This document shows positions 1 to 13,323 of a stretch of DNA of 61,214 nucleotides, in pieces (within the stretch, counting starts at the first letter, position 1; each line of letters starts with the position of its first letter). Source of the DNA: Thraustochytrium aureum. Its lineage: Eukaryota. The stretch is from assembly GCA_012862495.1 (NCBI GenBank), contig BLSG01000088.1, forward strand, positions 17,440 through 78,653, written 5' to 3'. Both the position numbers and the translations under genes were made by a program. Below the pieces are notes generated by a model that was not told the origin of the DNA, did no database searches, and worked only from the letters and a program-made list of their open reading frames with translations.

Positions 1-3000
1 CCAAGCGAACAGACGGCGGCCGCCCAACTGAAAACTCGTCTCGCTCGGCAAAAACACAGGGGTTCCCGGGGCCCCTCACAGACCCACGAGAGGAACTCGT
101 TGCAACCGATGGATGCGGCGTTCTCTCCGACAGCCAGAGAACGGGTGCAAAACCTTGGGCAATTTTTCCCTGGGGTGAAGAAAAAGGCGAACTTTGGCGC
201 TGTGCTCCGGTCAAGAGGAGGCAAGGAGCGGGAAGGAGGCAAGAACGGCCGGGAAGGGGAAGGAGCGAGAGTTGAGGTTTGCTGCAGGAGGAAGGAGCGA
301 GAATGAATTGCAATTCGGCGCGAGATGTCCCAGCCAGCGAGCGAGCGGGCGGCCGCTGGCCGGGCTTGGCTGGCTGCCTGCCTGCCTGCCTGGCTGCCTG
401 TGCACGGCAGATGTCGGTGGCGTTGGTCGAGGTGCGATGACGTGCACTGGCGGCTGGCTAAGTTGGTGTCGTCTGTCGCCCGTGCGACGGCCTTGGCCAA
501 GTGGTGAAGAGAAGCGGATACGTCACGTGGACGGGGCACGTCCAGCTCGCACCGGCCGGCCGGCGGCCCTCGCCAACATCTGACGAAGACTTGCTGGGGC
601 CAGGAGGGGGTTGTCGCCTCTCCAACAGGCGCTGCGATGGTGGCGGCCGTCCTGAAGGCGGTGCGTGAGAGCGGCCAAGTTTTCACTCCTTTGCACCGTG
701 AGGGGACTGACCGACGTCAATAGAAAAGTAAAAAAGAGCAACAACCATCACGACCATACTCGTTCCATTCGCTCTAGAGCTAGCTCTACTCGAGAGCACA
801 GAGAGCGAGAGATAGGCCTACTACCCACTCTGCCCGGTACTGCGCTGGGCTCGCTGGAGGGTCTGAGCTTCCAGCACGATTGTGGCTCGCTTGCACCGAC
901 GCCCCTCAGTGAAACGCAGAGTAGTTACCAATTGCAAACTCTTGAGCTTGCTTGTCCCTTGTGTGGAGAAGAGCGAATCTTGCCTTCACAGGGCGTTCGC
1001 AAAGAAGAAAAGGCCTTGCCAAGCGAGCAGAAAGTTCGTTCGGTATGCCGAGGCTCCGAAGATCATCCTGGCGGCGGCGGTAGGTAGGGTGCAGTGAAGC
1101 GAGCCGGCACGCCAGTGTCGTTTCGCAGCGCCCGGCCTCGGCTCGTCACTCGTATTTTGCCTTCCTTCCCTGGCGCCACAGCGCAGCCCTGCTTCCTCAC
1201 GGTGGAGCTAGACTACGTTCTTAGGCACCAGGCTGGATGCAGGGCGCACCGAAGAGGAGGCTGCTACACACTTTACTAAGGTAGCTTGGTAGCTTGTGGC
1301 GAGCACCAGCAAATCCACAGCAGCTCAGGCTGGGCGCGTTTCATTGCTACCTACGTTGAGGTACCTAGCCTCTCTGCACCGGCCGGCGCGTTTGGCTGGC
1401 AGCGCCTCCCTGGGAGTACTGGCGGGAAGGAAACCTGGGGCGGAAGTAGCTGGGCTGAAAACGCCTTGTGCTTGTGGAGCCGCCCCTCACAAGCCCCGCA
1501 CCTGCGGATTCCCCGCAAGGCACCGAGGCCAACCTTCTTCCAGTGCAGAAGCGCGACCTGATACCGGTGGCAGTTGTGTAATAGGCCTTCTGGTATTCTG
1601 CCACCCGGCTTGAAAGGCGGACAAGGAGTCAGATCAAAGAACAGGTTGGTCGTGAGCAGGCCTGCCAGTCTGTGCCAGTGAATAAGAAGCGCCCTTGCCT
1701 GCAAGTTGAAGGGCTGACGGCGCAAGGGGCCCTGACGAGCAAGACGATCGATGAGAATCAATCAACCTTTGACTCGGAATGGCACGTGCTCGGACGTGAT
1801 GGGTTGGAGAGCGTGATGGGCTGAAGAGCGTCACCGTCCTCAGTGAGCCTCCCCTGTGGGCCTTGGCTCGTTTCGGCTCCTGCTCAACGCGCAACTCGTC
1901 CATCGCGGCTCGCGCGCTCCTCTCGCAAAGCGAAGATCCGGCGATGACGCTCCTCTTTCCATCGTTTGCAAGCTATAGAGTGCAGTACCTACGCACGCAG
2001 CACAAACTCGCTACGGCCCAGGCAACACGGCTGTGTCGGCCGGAGATTGTTCCGGAGGTTGCTGCGTGTGCTGGTCGCGCCAAGAGCAGCCTGAAACCAG
2101 AACCAAGGAGGATCCTCCTTGCCAGGCCGACGAACCTGCGCTCGAACCGTTCGCGAAGTCGACGGCGCAGCCCNNNNNNNNNNNNNNNNNNNNNNNNNNN
2201 NNNNNNNNNNNNNNNNNNNNNNNNNNNNNNNNNNNNNNNNNNNNNNNNNNNNNNNNNNNNNNNNNNNNNNNNNNNNNNNNNNNNNNNNNNNNNNNNNNNN
2301 NNNNNNNNNNNNNNNNNNNNNNNNNNNNNNNNNNNNNNNNNNNNNNNNNNNNNNNNNNNNNNNNNNNNNNNNNNNNNNNNNNNNNNNNNNNNNNNNNNNN
2401 NNNNNNNNNNNNNNNNNNNNNNNNNNNNNNNNNNNNNNNNNNNNNNNNNNNNNNNNNNNNNNNNNNNNNNNNNNNNNNNNNNNNNNNNNNNNNNNNNNNN
2501 NNNNNNNNNNNNNNNNNNNNNNNNNNNNNNNNNNNNNNNNNNNNNNNNNNNNNNNNNNNNNNNNNNNNNNNNNNNNNNNNNNNNNNNNNNNNNNNNNNNN
2601 NNNNNNNNNNNNNNNNNNNNNNNNNNNNNNNNNNNNNNNNNNNNNNNNNNNNNNNNNNNNNNNNNNNNNNNNNNNNNNNNNNNNNNNNNNNNNNNNNNNN
2701 NNNNNNNNNNNNNNNNNNNNNNNNNNNNNNNNNNNNNNNNNNNNNNNNNNNNNNNNNNNNNNNNNNNNNNNNNNNNNNNNNNNNNNNNNNNNNNNNNNNN
2801 NNNNNNNNNNNNNNNNNNNNNNNNNNNNNNNNNNNNNNNNNNNNNNNNNNNNNNNNNNNNNNNNNNNNNNNNNNNNNNNNNNNNNNNNNNNNNNNNNNNN
2901 ATGATGATGCGGGGCGCGGCGACCCATGGAGCGTGCAGTAGCCCACGGAGTCCTTGTTGGCGGCTCCTTGCTGGAGGCCAGCAGCTGAGATCGCTCGAGC

Positions 3001-4968
3001 GGGTTTGGGTTTGAGCAAAACATCGCTTCCTTCAAGTTTCCCGAGTTGTTGTGCAAACCTACTCATCATGATGCAAGCACACGTTGATGTGGGGGCGCCT
3101 GCGTCCCATGCGCCTCATCAACAGGGCGGTCTGCAGCTTGACACCGAACGACCTGCCAGCGTGAGCGGGCCGGCTCGAGCGCGGCCGACTCGAGCGCGGC
3201 CGACTGTTTCAATTCTGCAAAGAGACGGAGCTCCATGCGAGCCAAGTCAGATCCGGTTGCTCAGGCTCCTCACGCATTGCCTCTCGCCACCTGCTGCTGT
3301 GAGGAGAACCTCGGTGCGGGCGGGTTCGGCGAGGCGGCGGAGCGCTCGCCGAGCACAGGACCGTTGGGCAAAGCCAGACAAACGCTGTAGCCCAACGCAG
3401 ACGCTCACTGAAGCGTGTACCACCTAGCTGCTAGAGCTGCTAGCTCCAGAGAGTAGCCCAACACTATTCCGGCGTGCTAGTCGGCGCAGCGGAAATCAAA
3501 CTCCTCACCAAGCCCTGCAACCGCGCCCGCAGACCTCGGTAAGAAACCACCGTAGACTACGCGTTGGTCGCACGTAGAGTACAGAGAACCGAGCCCAAGC
3601 CGAGCCCGGCCCACGCCACCCACCAGGGTTGATCGAATGCCGGTCGGGCTGTCGGTGCGCAGGCCCTGACGGGTAAAACCGCGTCAATATCGCCAAGCCT
3701 CTTGACTTCTTCCCCCCTCCCACACTACCGTACCCACCCAGAGGCAGCCCGGCTGCTGGAGGCCCGAGTTGTGAGCGGCCCAGTGCGGCTGCCGGGACGG
3801 CCTGCGAGGAGCGAAGGACGGCTCGCCGCGGGCAGTTTGTCCTGCGGAGGGGAATCTTACGGACTGGAGACAAGTCTGTTGGTGCAGACGCGACGCACCG
3901 ACCGGGCTGCACACCGATGGCCAGCCCATGGCGACGGGAGGGTGTACTAGTCCTCCTTGGTACTACTCGTAGTCCACGCGCTAGCTCCAACCTGGCAACT
4001 CTTTTGCGACTCCGCTCGACTGGCTCAGGGCAACCAGGCGCAATCGATTACTTCCTGCCAGCGAGCGATAAGCCAGTGTGCCCCGCGTGTGAATTGTTTG
4101 CACTGCTCGGCGGCCGAGCTGCAACCGAAAGAGTGGTGCACGCAGGATTCCTGCAGCAGACAGGCAGGNNNNNNNNNNNNNNNNNNNNNNNNNNNNNNNN
4201 NNNNNNNNNNNNNNNNNNNNNNNNNNNNNNNNNNNNNNNNNNNNNNNNNNNNNNNNNNNNNNNNNNNNNNNNNNNNNNNNNNNNNNNNNNNNNNNNNNNN
4301 NNNNNNNNNNNNNNNNNNNNNNNNNNNNNNNNNNNNNNNNNNNNNNNNNNNNNNNNNNNNNNNNNNNNNNNNNNNNNNNNNNNNNNNNNNNNNNNNNNNN
4401 NNNNNNNNNNNNNNNNNNNNNNNNNNNNNNNNNNNNNNNNNNNNNNNNNNNNNNNNNNNNNNNNNNNNNNNNNNNNNNNNNNNNNNNNNNNNNCGGACTC
4501 CACAAGTTGTGTCTGTGCAAACCAGGGAAACACACGAGCTACAAGATAAGCTAGCTCTAGCCAGCATGAGGGGCGGGACCCTCTATGAGGGCCTCAGAGA
4601 CCATTTTGCGCGTGCCTTGCACAGCCCGAGGACAAACGCGTCGATTCTCGCGCGATGCAGACACGACTGTGACAGCGTCCTGCACAGATTCTGCATGGAT
4701 AACGACTGACGACGAGCGCCCCCTGTCGCCTGCCGGGCGGCGTATCGTTGCGCAGGAGTGTTTGTCATCCGACTGAGCGACGGCGTGTCGCAGACGCCCT
4801 ACATCGAACTCACGATGAGATACCTATTCCCCAGCGAGCCGCGCTATCGGTCTCTCTATTTGCCGCATCTTGCGGTCTCTGCGCTGGGGAGCAGCCTGTT
4901 AGCCACCGGGTCGCACGCCGTGGATTGTTTGTTGGTCGACCGCCGGCCCCTCTGCTCTCGAATTGGAT

Positions 4969-4991
4969 TGATCGATCGATCGATCGATCGA
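4969..4991. repeat. (ATCG)n microsatellite
   Basis: TGATCGATCGATCGATCGATCGA. Confidence 0.9.
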
Positions 4992-5743
4992 CCGTGGGCG
5001 AGCCAGCGGGGAAGATGCGCTGTGCGAATTTCGCAAGTTCAACTCGCAGAGGTGCCTTGGAATACCGCGACATGCCAGCGCACTCACGTCGTGGAGTTGA
5101 AAAGTACAAACTCAGTGAGAACCTTGGCTCCCCCTTGAGAGGAGCCGCCAACCTTTGCAAATGAAGCGGCGCCCACTGAGTCAACGCGTTTCAACTCGGT
5201 GGTGTACGCACCCTGGCTCACTCATCAGTACTCTGCCCAATCTCGCTGTACTCAGTTTTTTGCGTTTTTGCAAAACGTGTAAAAGACGAGCGAGAGTGCG
5301 TTGACCGGACCGAGCCGAGCGCGCGACGCGTCACACGGCAGCAACCACCGAAGGGGGAACCCTCGGACGCGCCGGATCTGCTCTTCGTTTTGGAGGATCT
5401 TCTTGCTCGCGCCCGATGCCGGCAACACCGCCCCGACGCGACCAAGGCCCCGACAACGGAGCGCGAAGAGCCGTGAAACAAGTTCGGCTTGAGCAAAGTG
5501 TAGCCGGGTTCCCTCAATCCTCGAGAGCGGTCCCGCATCAGAGAAAGGCAAGCGCGATTTTTCAGTTGCACTCTAGCTAGAGGAAGGCCGACTCTGTCTA
5601 CTCGTGAACTCTGCCTGTAGGTCAGGCAGACGACCATGGCAGCATGCCATTGCAACAGATAATCAGCGCCTTTTGTACCTCTCCTACAAGTAGAGTAGCC
5701 GATAGCGAATGAGGCGGAGGCGCTCTCTCCGGCCAGAGAGGCT

Positions 5744-5835
5744 CCAGCCGTTCAGATGGGAAAAGCCCCAGCCGTTCTTGTCAAATGAGAAAAGCCCCAG
5801 CCGGGGCCCCAGCCGTTCAGAATTCAGATGGGAAA
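5744..5835. repeat. Imperfect short direct repeats downstream of HIRA
   Basis: CCAGCCG x4, with TTCAGATGGGAAA x2 and GAAAAGCCCCAGCCG x2. Confidence 0.8.
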
Positions 5836-5914
5836 GGAACACAGCGAGCCATGCAGGCTCACTCCGCTCTCGAGCGCTTTGTCGCCCGAACCACCTCGGT
5901 GTTCGCTGTCCCTG

Positions 5915-8779
5915 CTAGCTGTCCGAAATTACATGCCCAACGAGTGCGTAAGGGCTGCCGCACGCAACCAAGGCCTCGTTATACCGCACCACGAGGCGCT
6001 GGAGACGGCGGTCTGCCGTCATGCAGGGCAAAACCACCGTTCCCAACAGCTCGTGCCGATCGAGCTCCCCAAGCAAAAGAGGCCCGCTGCTGTGGAGGTC
6101 CGCTCGCGCGCCCGCGCCCTCCGGCTCGCCGAGGCCACCCACTCGAGAGCGCACGGCCTCCTGCAGCGCACTGATGGTGCCGTGGCCGCGCCCGACCGCC
6201 AGGGCTGGCCCTAGCAACGACTCACACAGAGCCTCGAGCCGTCGCTCCTCCCCGTCCTCGGTCAGCCGGCGCGTGTACTGCTTGAGCCACGCCGTGTACT
6301 CGCGCGGCGCTTTGAGAACGCGTGCAGCTCCCAGGAGGCTCTCCAGGTGGGCGAGCGACATTCCGCGCCGAACGCCGTTGTCGCCACCGCTGCGCTCAAA
6401 GTCCTGCCCGAACGAGAGCAGCGCCGCGGCGCGCTCGGCTGCGCGCGACCCGGACACGCCGGCGCGCGCTCCAGCTGCGCAAACGCCTCCTGGAGCGCAA
6501 CGAGCACCCCTTGGTCCATGCCTGCANNNNNNNNNNNNNNNNNNNNNNNNNNNNNNNNNNNNNNNNNNNNNNNNNNNNNNNNNNNNNNNNNNNNNNNNNN
6601 NNNNNNNNNNNNNNNNNNNNNNNNNNNNNNNNNNNNNNNNNNNNNNNNNNNNNNNNNNNNNNNNNNNNNNNNNNNNNNNNNNNNNNNNNNNNNNNNNNNN
6701 NNNNNNNNNNNNNNNNNNNNNNNNNNNNNNNNNNNNNNNNNNNNNNNNNNNNNNNNNNNNNNNNNNNNNNNNNNNNNNNNNNNNNNNNNNNNNNNNNNNN
6801 NNNNNNNNNNNNNNNNNNNNNNNNNNNNNNNNNNNNNNNNNNNNNNNNNNNNNNNNNNNNNNNNNNNNNNNNNNNNNNNNNNNNNNNNNNNNNNNNNNNN
6901 NNNNNNNNNNNNNNNNNNNNNNNNNNNNNNNNNNNNNNNNNNNNNNNNNNNNNNNNNNNNNNNNNNNNNNNNNNNNNNNNNNNNNNNNNNNNNNNNNNNN
7001 NNNNNNNNNNNNNNNNNNNNNNNNNNNNNNNNNNNNNNNNNNNNNNNNNNNNNNNNNNNNNNNNNNNNNNNNNNNNNNNNNNNNNNNNNNNNNNNNNNNN
7101 NNNNNNNNNNNNNNNNNNNNNNNNNNNNNNNNNNNNNNNNNNNNNNNNNNNNNNNNNNNNNNNNNNNNNNNNNNNNNNNNNNNNNNNNNNNNNNNNNNNN
7201 NNNNNNNNNNNNNNNNNNNNNNNNNNNNNNNNNNNNNNNNNNNNNNNNNNNNNNNNNNNNNNNNNNNNNNNNNNNNNNNNNNNNNNNNNNNNNNNNNNNN
7301 NNNNNNNNNNNNNNNNNNNNNNNNNNNNNNNNNNNNGTCGACACGCCCGAGTTACCGGCCAGTCGCGCCTTGGCGCTGCGCGGCACGAGCACGTTGACCG
7401 GCTGAGGGGCCTGCGTCAGGTTCACCGGGGCGATGCGCCGACGGCCGCCTGCAGTCACCGACTCGCTTTGCACGACCTGCGCCGCAGGCCGCGACGAGGA
7501 ACCAGCCGCGGGCTGGCCAGGCCCATGTCCAGGCGCCGTTGTTGCGGAGACCGCCAGAGGGAGTCCGTGCTGGCCAGCGCTGGTCTCGGCGCGCTGCAGC
7601 ATGCGCGTTTCCATCAGCTGCTGCAGCGGCGTCTCTGCTACCTCTGGCTCGGCCTGCCTGAGGCCAGCGTCACCATAGTACTCGTGAATAAGTTTCGCAA
7701 CCTCGCTCCTGGACAGCGCGACGCCCACGTTCGGGTGCGTCTCGAACGACTCAAAGTCCAAGCAGACCACAAACCCGTCCATAGAGGACAGGGCCAGCCG
7801 TCGGCCGTCGGCGGACCAGCTCATGTCTGTCAGTTGCAGCGGGGAGAGCCCCTTGCAGACGACGATGGGGCGGTTACGCCCTGGCGACCACACCGTCAGC
7901 GTTGACTTTTCGCACGCAATCGCGACCAGTGTGGAGCGGACGGGGGCCGCCGCTGTCCCCGCCTCCCCCTCCTCGCCGCCCTCCACCCCGCCCGCCCGTC
8001 GCTGGTAGATCGTTGGGCTGAACGAGCACAGCGACACGCGCGACTGGTGGCCGACAAGCCGGATGGCGCCGTCCCGATCGTTCCACCGGTTGCGCTCGAT
8101 CACGTACGCCACGTGCCGGGGCGGGTCGAACGCGTGCGAGACGCAGAGGAAGACGCCGTCCGGGGACCAGCAGAGCTGCCGCCGTTTCGAGACCGCTGTT
8201 GAATGCTCGAACGGCTCGCGGACTTGCGCTTCCAGGCGCCAATCCAAGATGCGCCAGATGATGACTGACTTGTCGTCTGAGACGCTCGCCAAGTACCGCC
8301 CCACAGGGTCCCATGCGACGTCCTTCACCCAGCCGGCATGACCCTTGAGCAGCGCCCGCGAGTCCGTGAGGACCAATTTGGTCGCCTGCGTCTTGAACGC
8401 CTCGTCCACGCTCCACACGCGAACCGTGTTGTCGATCGAGCTCGACGCCAGGTACTGGCCGTCAGGCGCCCAACTCAACCCGGTCACGTCCATGCTGTGG
8501 CCGCGGAAGGTAATGATCCACTTCCACGTCTCTACGTTTTCCGGGCTCCCGGTGTCAAAGGCACCGCCCCCGCCGCTCTCGCCCTCCCGCAGCACCCAGA
8601 GCCGGACGAGCCAGCCGTCGTCCCCTGAAGCGAGAAACGCGCCGTCAGGCGCCCACTTGAGGCAATGAACGCTGCCGCCATCCGCCGTGCTGCACAGCAG
8701 CCCGGTGTCGTGTCGCTCCTCGGACGCGGGCGACTCGCCGCCACCTGCCAGCACGTCGGCGCTCCAAATCTTCAGCTTC
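5915..8779 (-). CDS. HIRA: Histone chaperone HIRA/Hir1 (5' end lost in gap 8780-9219; internal gap 6527-7336)
   Basis: WD40 repeats with HIRA-type motifs (CLKWAPDGAFLASG, NVETWKWIITFRGHSMDVTGLSWAPD, GHAGWVKDVAWDPVGRYLASVSDDKSVIIWR); B-domain QSESVTAGGRRRIAP; C-terminal Hira domain SLAHLESLLGAARVLKAPREYTAWLKQYTRRL...LEALCESLLGP in ORF 5915-6457. Confidence 0.92.
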
Positions 8780-9253
8780 NNNNNNNNNNNNNNNNNNNNN
8801 NNNNNNNNNNNNNNNNNNNNNNNNNNNNNNNNNNNNNNNNNNNNNNNNNNNNNNNNNNNNNNNNNNNNNNNNNNNNNNNNNNNNNNNNNNNNNNNNNNNN
8901 NNNNNNNNNNNNNNNNNNNNNNNNNNNNNNNNNNNNNNNNNNNNNNNNNNNNNNNNNNNNNNNNNNNNNNNNNNNNNNNNNNNNNNNNNNNNNNNNNNNN
9001 NNNNNNNNNNNNNNNNNNNNNNNNNNNNNNNNNNNNNNNNNNNNNNNNNNNNNNNNNNNNNNNNNNNNNNNNNNNNNNNNNNNNNNNNNNNNNNNNNNNN
9101 NNNNNNNNNNNNNNNNNNNNNNNNNNNNNNNNNNNNNNNNNNNNNNNNNNNNNNNNNNNNNNNNNNNNNNNNNNNNNNNNNNNNNNNNNNNNNNNNNNNN
9201 NNNNNNNNNNNNNNNNNNNCGGCGCCGCGGGTCAGATGAGCCGGCCTGAGGTG

Positions 9254-9450
9254 ACCAGACCAGCTCAGACCAGACCAGACCAGACCAGATCAGGCAAAAC
9301 CCTGCGCCGCAGCGTACGTAGTGACGAACGGCGCAGAGCAGAGCACAGAGCGCTCTGCGCGGACGCCACGCGCCACGCACGTCCACCCGCTCGCCTTCGG
9401 CAGGCGCAGCGAATCGAGTGACGAGCGGCGCAGAGCAGAGCACAGAGCGC
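9254..9450. repeat. (ACCAG)n microsatellite plus a 34-bp direct repeat in the HIRA-WDR27 divergent region
   Basis: ACCAG run at 9254-9289; AGTGACGA(A/G)CGGCGCAGAGCAGAGCACAGAGCGC at 9320-9353 and 9417-9450. Confidence 0.88.
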
Positions 9451-10169
9451 CGCACAGAGCGCCGCGGACGCACTTCAGCTTGCGCCACGCGACACGCACG
9501 GCCTGCAGGTCCTCCAGCGCTCGCCTGCGACAGGGGTCTGTCTGCCTGTCTCTCGCGAGCGCGTTGGCGGCGGCCTGCCGCTGCCCTTTGTCCTTCGGCG
9601 CCAGGGCTCTTTCTGCTCCAAGATCTTGCCTCCACCGTTTGAAAGCTCCTTGCAAGGACGTTGATTTATTTTCGATAGTGGAGACGGGGGCGAGATTTTT
9701 TACCAAATCGTGCGGTAGAAGCGGCAGCGGCGGGATATTGTGCCGAAGGTCAATTTATTTTTCTCTATGAAACTATTAACTTTCATTTGTTAAGGGAAAT
9801 TGTGCGCAAGGTTTTAGAATTGGACGAGGGTGGACGGAGGCGGACGGACGGCGCAGCGGAGAGCGTGAGGAATGGATTAAAGGTTGGTCGGTCGGGCACT
9901 TTTATTTGCTCGTTGCATTTGCAAAAGAAAAGAAAACAGCCCGTGTTCTTTGTGTTCTTTGGGTGAAAGTGTGGAGTAAGTAAGTACGTAGTAACGGTAC
10001 TGTGCTGTTTGATTGAGATTGGGTGGGCTGCCAGAGCCCTGACGCGCGGCGCTCGAAGACCTGCGCGGCCCGCAGGGCTGCCGTGCGGATTCGCTCTTCG
10101 ACATTGATATAGCGGCAACCGGCCTGCGGTTTTGCTTTTTTTCCCTGGCGGCCCGCGTGCCCGGCTGGG

Positions 10170-13100
10170 ATGGAATGTGGCTCGCATGTCGCGCGGTTTA
10201 CGCTGCCAAGCACCCCGAGCCACGTCGCGCTCGGTGAACGGTGGGTGGCGGCGAGCTGCCACGCGGACAGGTATGTCAGGGTCTGGGAAACGCGAGATGT
10301 GCTGGAGAATGGCGCCGAGCCCTGTGTCATGGTCAAGTTGGACGCTGGGCCGGCCGGGCTCGTGTTTGGGCCTGGCGATGTGCTCTACACGCTGGCCGGC
10401 GCAGCGATCCAGGCATGGAGGATTGGCCACGATGACTTTGAGTGCCGCCTGGAGCAAGATCTCACGCAGCTGGTGCGAGCGGCGCTTCCTGCTCGGCGGG
10501 CCGTGGAGACCGCCACGCGGATCCGCGTGCAGCATGAGACGAGCGCGTTCGCCTCGCTCCTGGCGGTCTGCTGCGGACCACACGTCGTCGTTGTGGACAC
10601 CTGCAAGCTGACAGTGGTTGCCGTGCTTGACTCGCGGGACAACGACCTCGTCGAAGACTGCTGCTTTGGGATGTCGGGCTCCGGTCGCGCCCTCCTCCTC
10701 GTCCTCACTCAGGAGGAAACCTGCGAAGCTTGGGACATCGCAGCGCGCGAGCGAATCCAGTGCACGGTGGACTTTTCTGGCCCCCCTCGTGCAATTGCGG
10801 CTCTGTCTGAGCACCCGGGCTTGCAGTCGGCACTGCGGACGGTCATGTGCACCTCCTTGCACAGGATCCGCATTCCNNNNNNNNNNNNNNNNNNNNNNNN
10901 NNNNNNNNNNNNNNNNNNNNNNNNNNNNNNNNNNNNNNNNNNNNNNNNNNNNNNNNNNNNNNNNNNNNNNNNNNNNNNNNNNNNNNNNNNNNNNNNNNNN
11001 NNNNNNNNNNNNNNNNNNNNNNNNNNNNNNNNNNNNNNNNNNNNNNNNNNNNNNNNNNNNNNNNNNNNNNNNNNAATGCAATACCTCCGTTTCGGCGCTG
11101 TACACCAGCGCCTCTGGCCCGCTTGTGGTGGGTTTCCCTGGGCGCATGGCCCTGTTCAGTCCAACGTCGGGGCATGCAATGCGCAATGCGCTCCTGGCGA
11201 CTCCAGCGACGTCTCACGCGCTGCGCGATCTTGATCAGGGGCTCGTCTGCGTTTCAGCTGCCTGCCTGGAGCCCGCGCTTGTTGCTTTCGTCCTCGCGCG
11301 CCCGAGCGCCCCCAGTCAACCACCTTTGTTGAGCGCCCCCGCAGCAAGCTCGGCGATGCCAGCACGCAAGCCAAACCAGTCCACCTCGCCAACGCTCGCC
11401 TACTCGGAGCGGCCCTACTCTCCGCCAAGCTGCGACCCCGACAACGCAAGCCCAGGCGGCGGGCCCAAACCAGAATTTAACGGTGACGGCCAGGGCGACG
11501 GCGAAGACGACGATGACGGCAACGCAAGCGGTGCAAACCGCCAAGGGTGCCGCAAGGAGGTCGACGAGAGCGCGTCGTCATGGCACGTTTCAATCTTCCC
11601 GTCGACGGACCCGCCTGAGAATTCGCCACTGCGCACCGCACCACTTGAACGCAAGCCCCCAAAGGCTGCCGCTGCAAAAGGAAATCGCAGCCAGGCCGGA
11701 GTCAAAGACAAGCCCGTAACCTTTCACTCCCGCATCAAGTCGTCCGGGTATGGGTCGTCCCCGCCCGTGCAGGCCCTCTTCGGGGCGGGCCGGCCGGCAA
11801 AGGGCAAGACAAGGACGAAGGGTTCAAGGGGCGTTGGAGCGGCTCTCCTTGCGCGCTTGAACGAGACCCGCGTTTATCCGCGCGAGTGCGAGCCGATCTC
11901 CAAGCTTGTCCAGCTTGATCCCCAAGTCGTCGACCGCATGATGCACAGCGGCGCGGTTCGCCGCGTCCGGTTCTCGACCGACGGATCGCACGTTATCTCC
12001 TGCTCAACAGACAAGACGGCTAGAGTCACACGACTGCCTCTTGAGCGTCACAAGGGCGCCGGAGTGGACATCGTCGGCCACCACCAGTCTGTCAACTCGG
12101 TAGACCTGAGCTATTCCTCCACGCTGCTGCACGGCAGCGGGGCAGCTCCAGCCCCTCTTGCGCTGACAGGCTCAGCGGACGGCACAACAAAGCTGTGGTG
12201 CGCCTCTCTCGCAGCGCCGTTGGCGACCTTTGCAACCGCAGACTCCGCCTCGGTCCAGCAAGCCGGGTTTTTCTATCTCGACCGCTTTGTGCTCGCCAGC
12301 GCGGCCAGCCGCCTGCAGCTCTTCCAGTTTCGACTCGACGAGGACGCGGCAGCGCCCAGCAAAGACCTCAAGTCGCAGCAGCGGCGCAACCGCCAAAAAG
12401 CGCGCGCGGGCTCCCTGACAGGCTCCAGCAACCAGCGCGTCGTGGCCACTTGGGACTGCAAGGAGGACGCCCAGACCGTCACCAGCTGGGTCGCTGTCAA
12501 CTCGTTTCTTTCCCACACAATTATTACCGCCCGCTCAGACCGGTCCCTGGCGGTCATAGACGCTGCAGCCGACCGGTGCGCTCGCCTCATCGCGCCCGAG
12601 GCTGCTGATGACCGTGTGACGCACGCGCTGGCGCTCCCGACGTCGAGCAACTTCACTTCGCATCCCACGGCAGCGTTTGACATGTTCGTCAGCAGCTCGA
12701 CGTCCGGCGGCGGGCGCATCACGCTGTGGGACTTGAGAGCGCGCCGCCCCGTGCAGCGCCTCTTGGGTCACAAGAACCGCGTTCAGGACCTCGGCCTCGC
12801 GATCAGTCCCTGCATGCGGTTCGTTGCGACGGGGTCCGAGGACAACTCGTGCTACATCTANNNNNNNNNNNNNNNNNNNNNNNNNNNNNNNNNNNNNNNN
12901 NNNNNNNNNNNNNNNNNNNNNNNNNNNNNNNNNNNNNNNNNNNNNNNNNNNNNNNNNNNNNNNNNNNNNNNNNNNNNNNNNNNNNNNNNNNNNNNNNNNN
13001 NNNNNNNNNNNNNNNNNNNNNNNNNNNNNACATCTACGACGTACGTACCGGCGAATGCGTGGAGCGGCTGTGGGACACGCATCGCGACACGGTTTCGGAT

Positions 13101-13175
13101 GTGGCCTTCCATCCGCTCTTGCCCCGGCTGGTCACCGCTTGCTTTGACGGCAAACTTCGCTTCTACGAGGCCTAA
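10170..13175 (+). CDS. WDR27: WD repeat protein 27-like (two internal N-gaps)
   Basis: N- and C-terminal WD40 clusters separated by a low-complexity linker containing DKPVTFHSRIKSSGY, which I recognise as WDR27-type; ends GSEDNSCYIYDVRT...HRDTVSDVAFHPLLPRLVTACFDGKLRFYEA*. Confidence 0.8.
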
Positions 13176-13323
13176 AGTGCCTGCGCCACGGTCTCGAGCA
13201 CGCTGCAGGGCGCAGGCCCAGTGGGGGGCCAGCAGCAAACCAATCAGAATCATGTCAATCTCTCTAGAGCGCAATTTTGATCGGCCGCTCAGACCGCAGA
13301 CCCGCAAGCGCCAGGTCCGCCCC

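Noticed and set aside
1..5900. Many short ORFs in the first 6 kb
   Set aside because: No recognisable domain or consistent coding signal. Short minus-strand exon-like pieces (for example near 990-1070 and 1500-1560) may belong to an intron-rich gene, but I could not assemble one.
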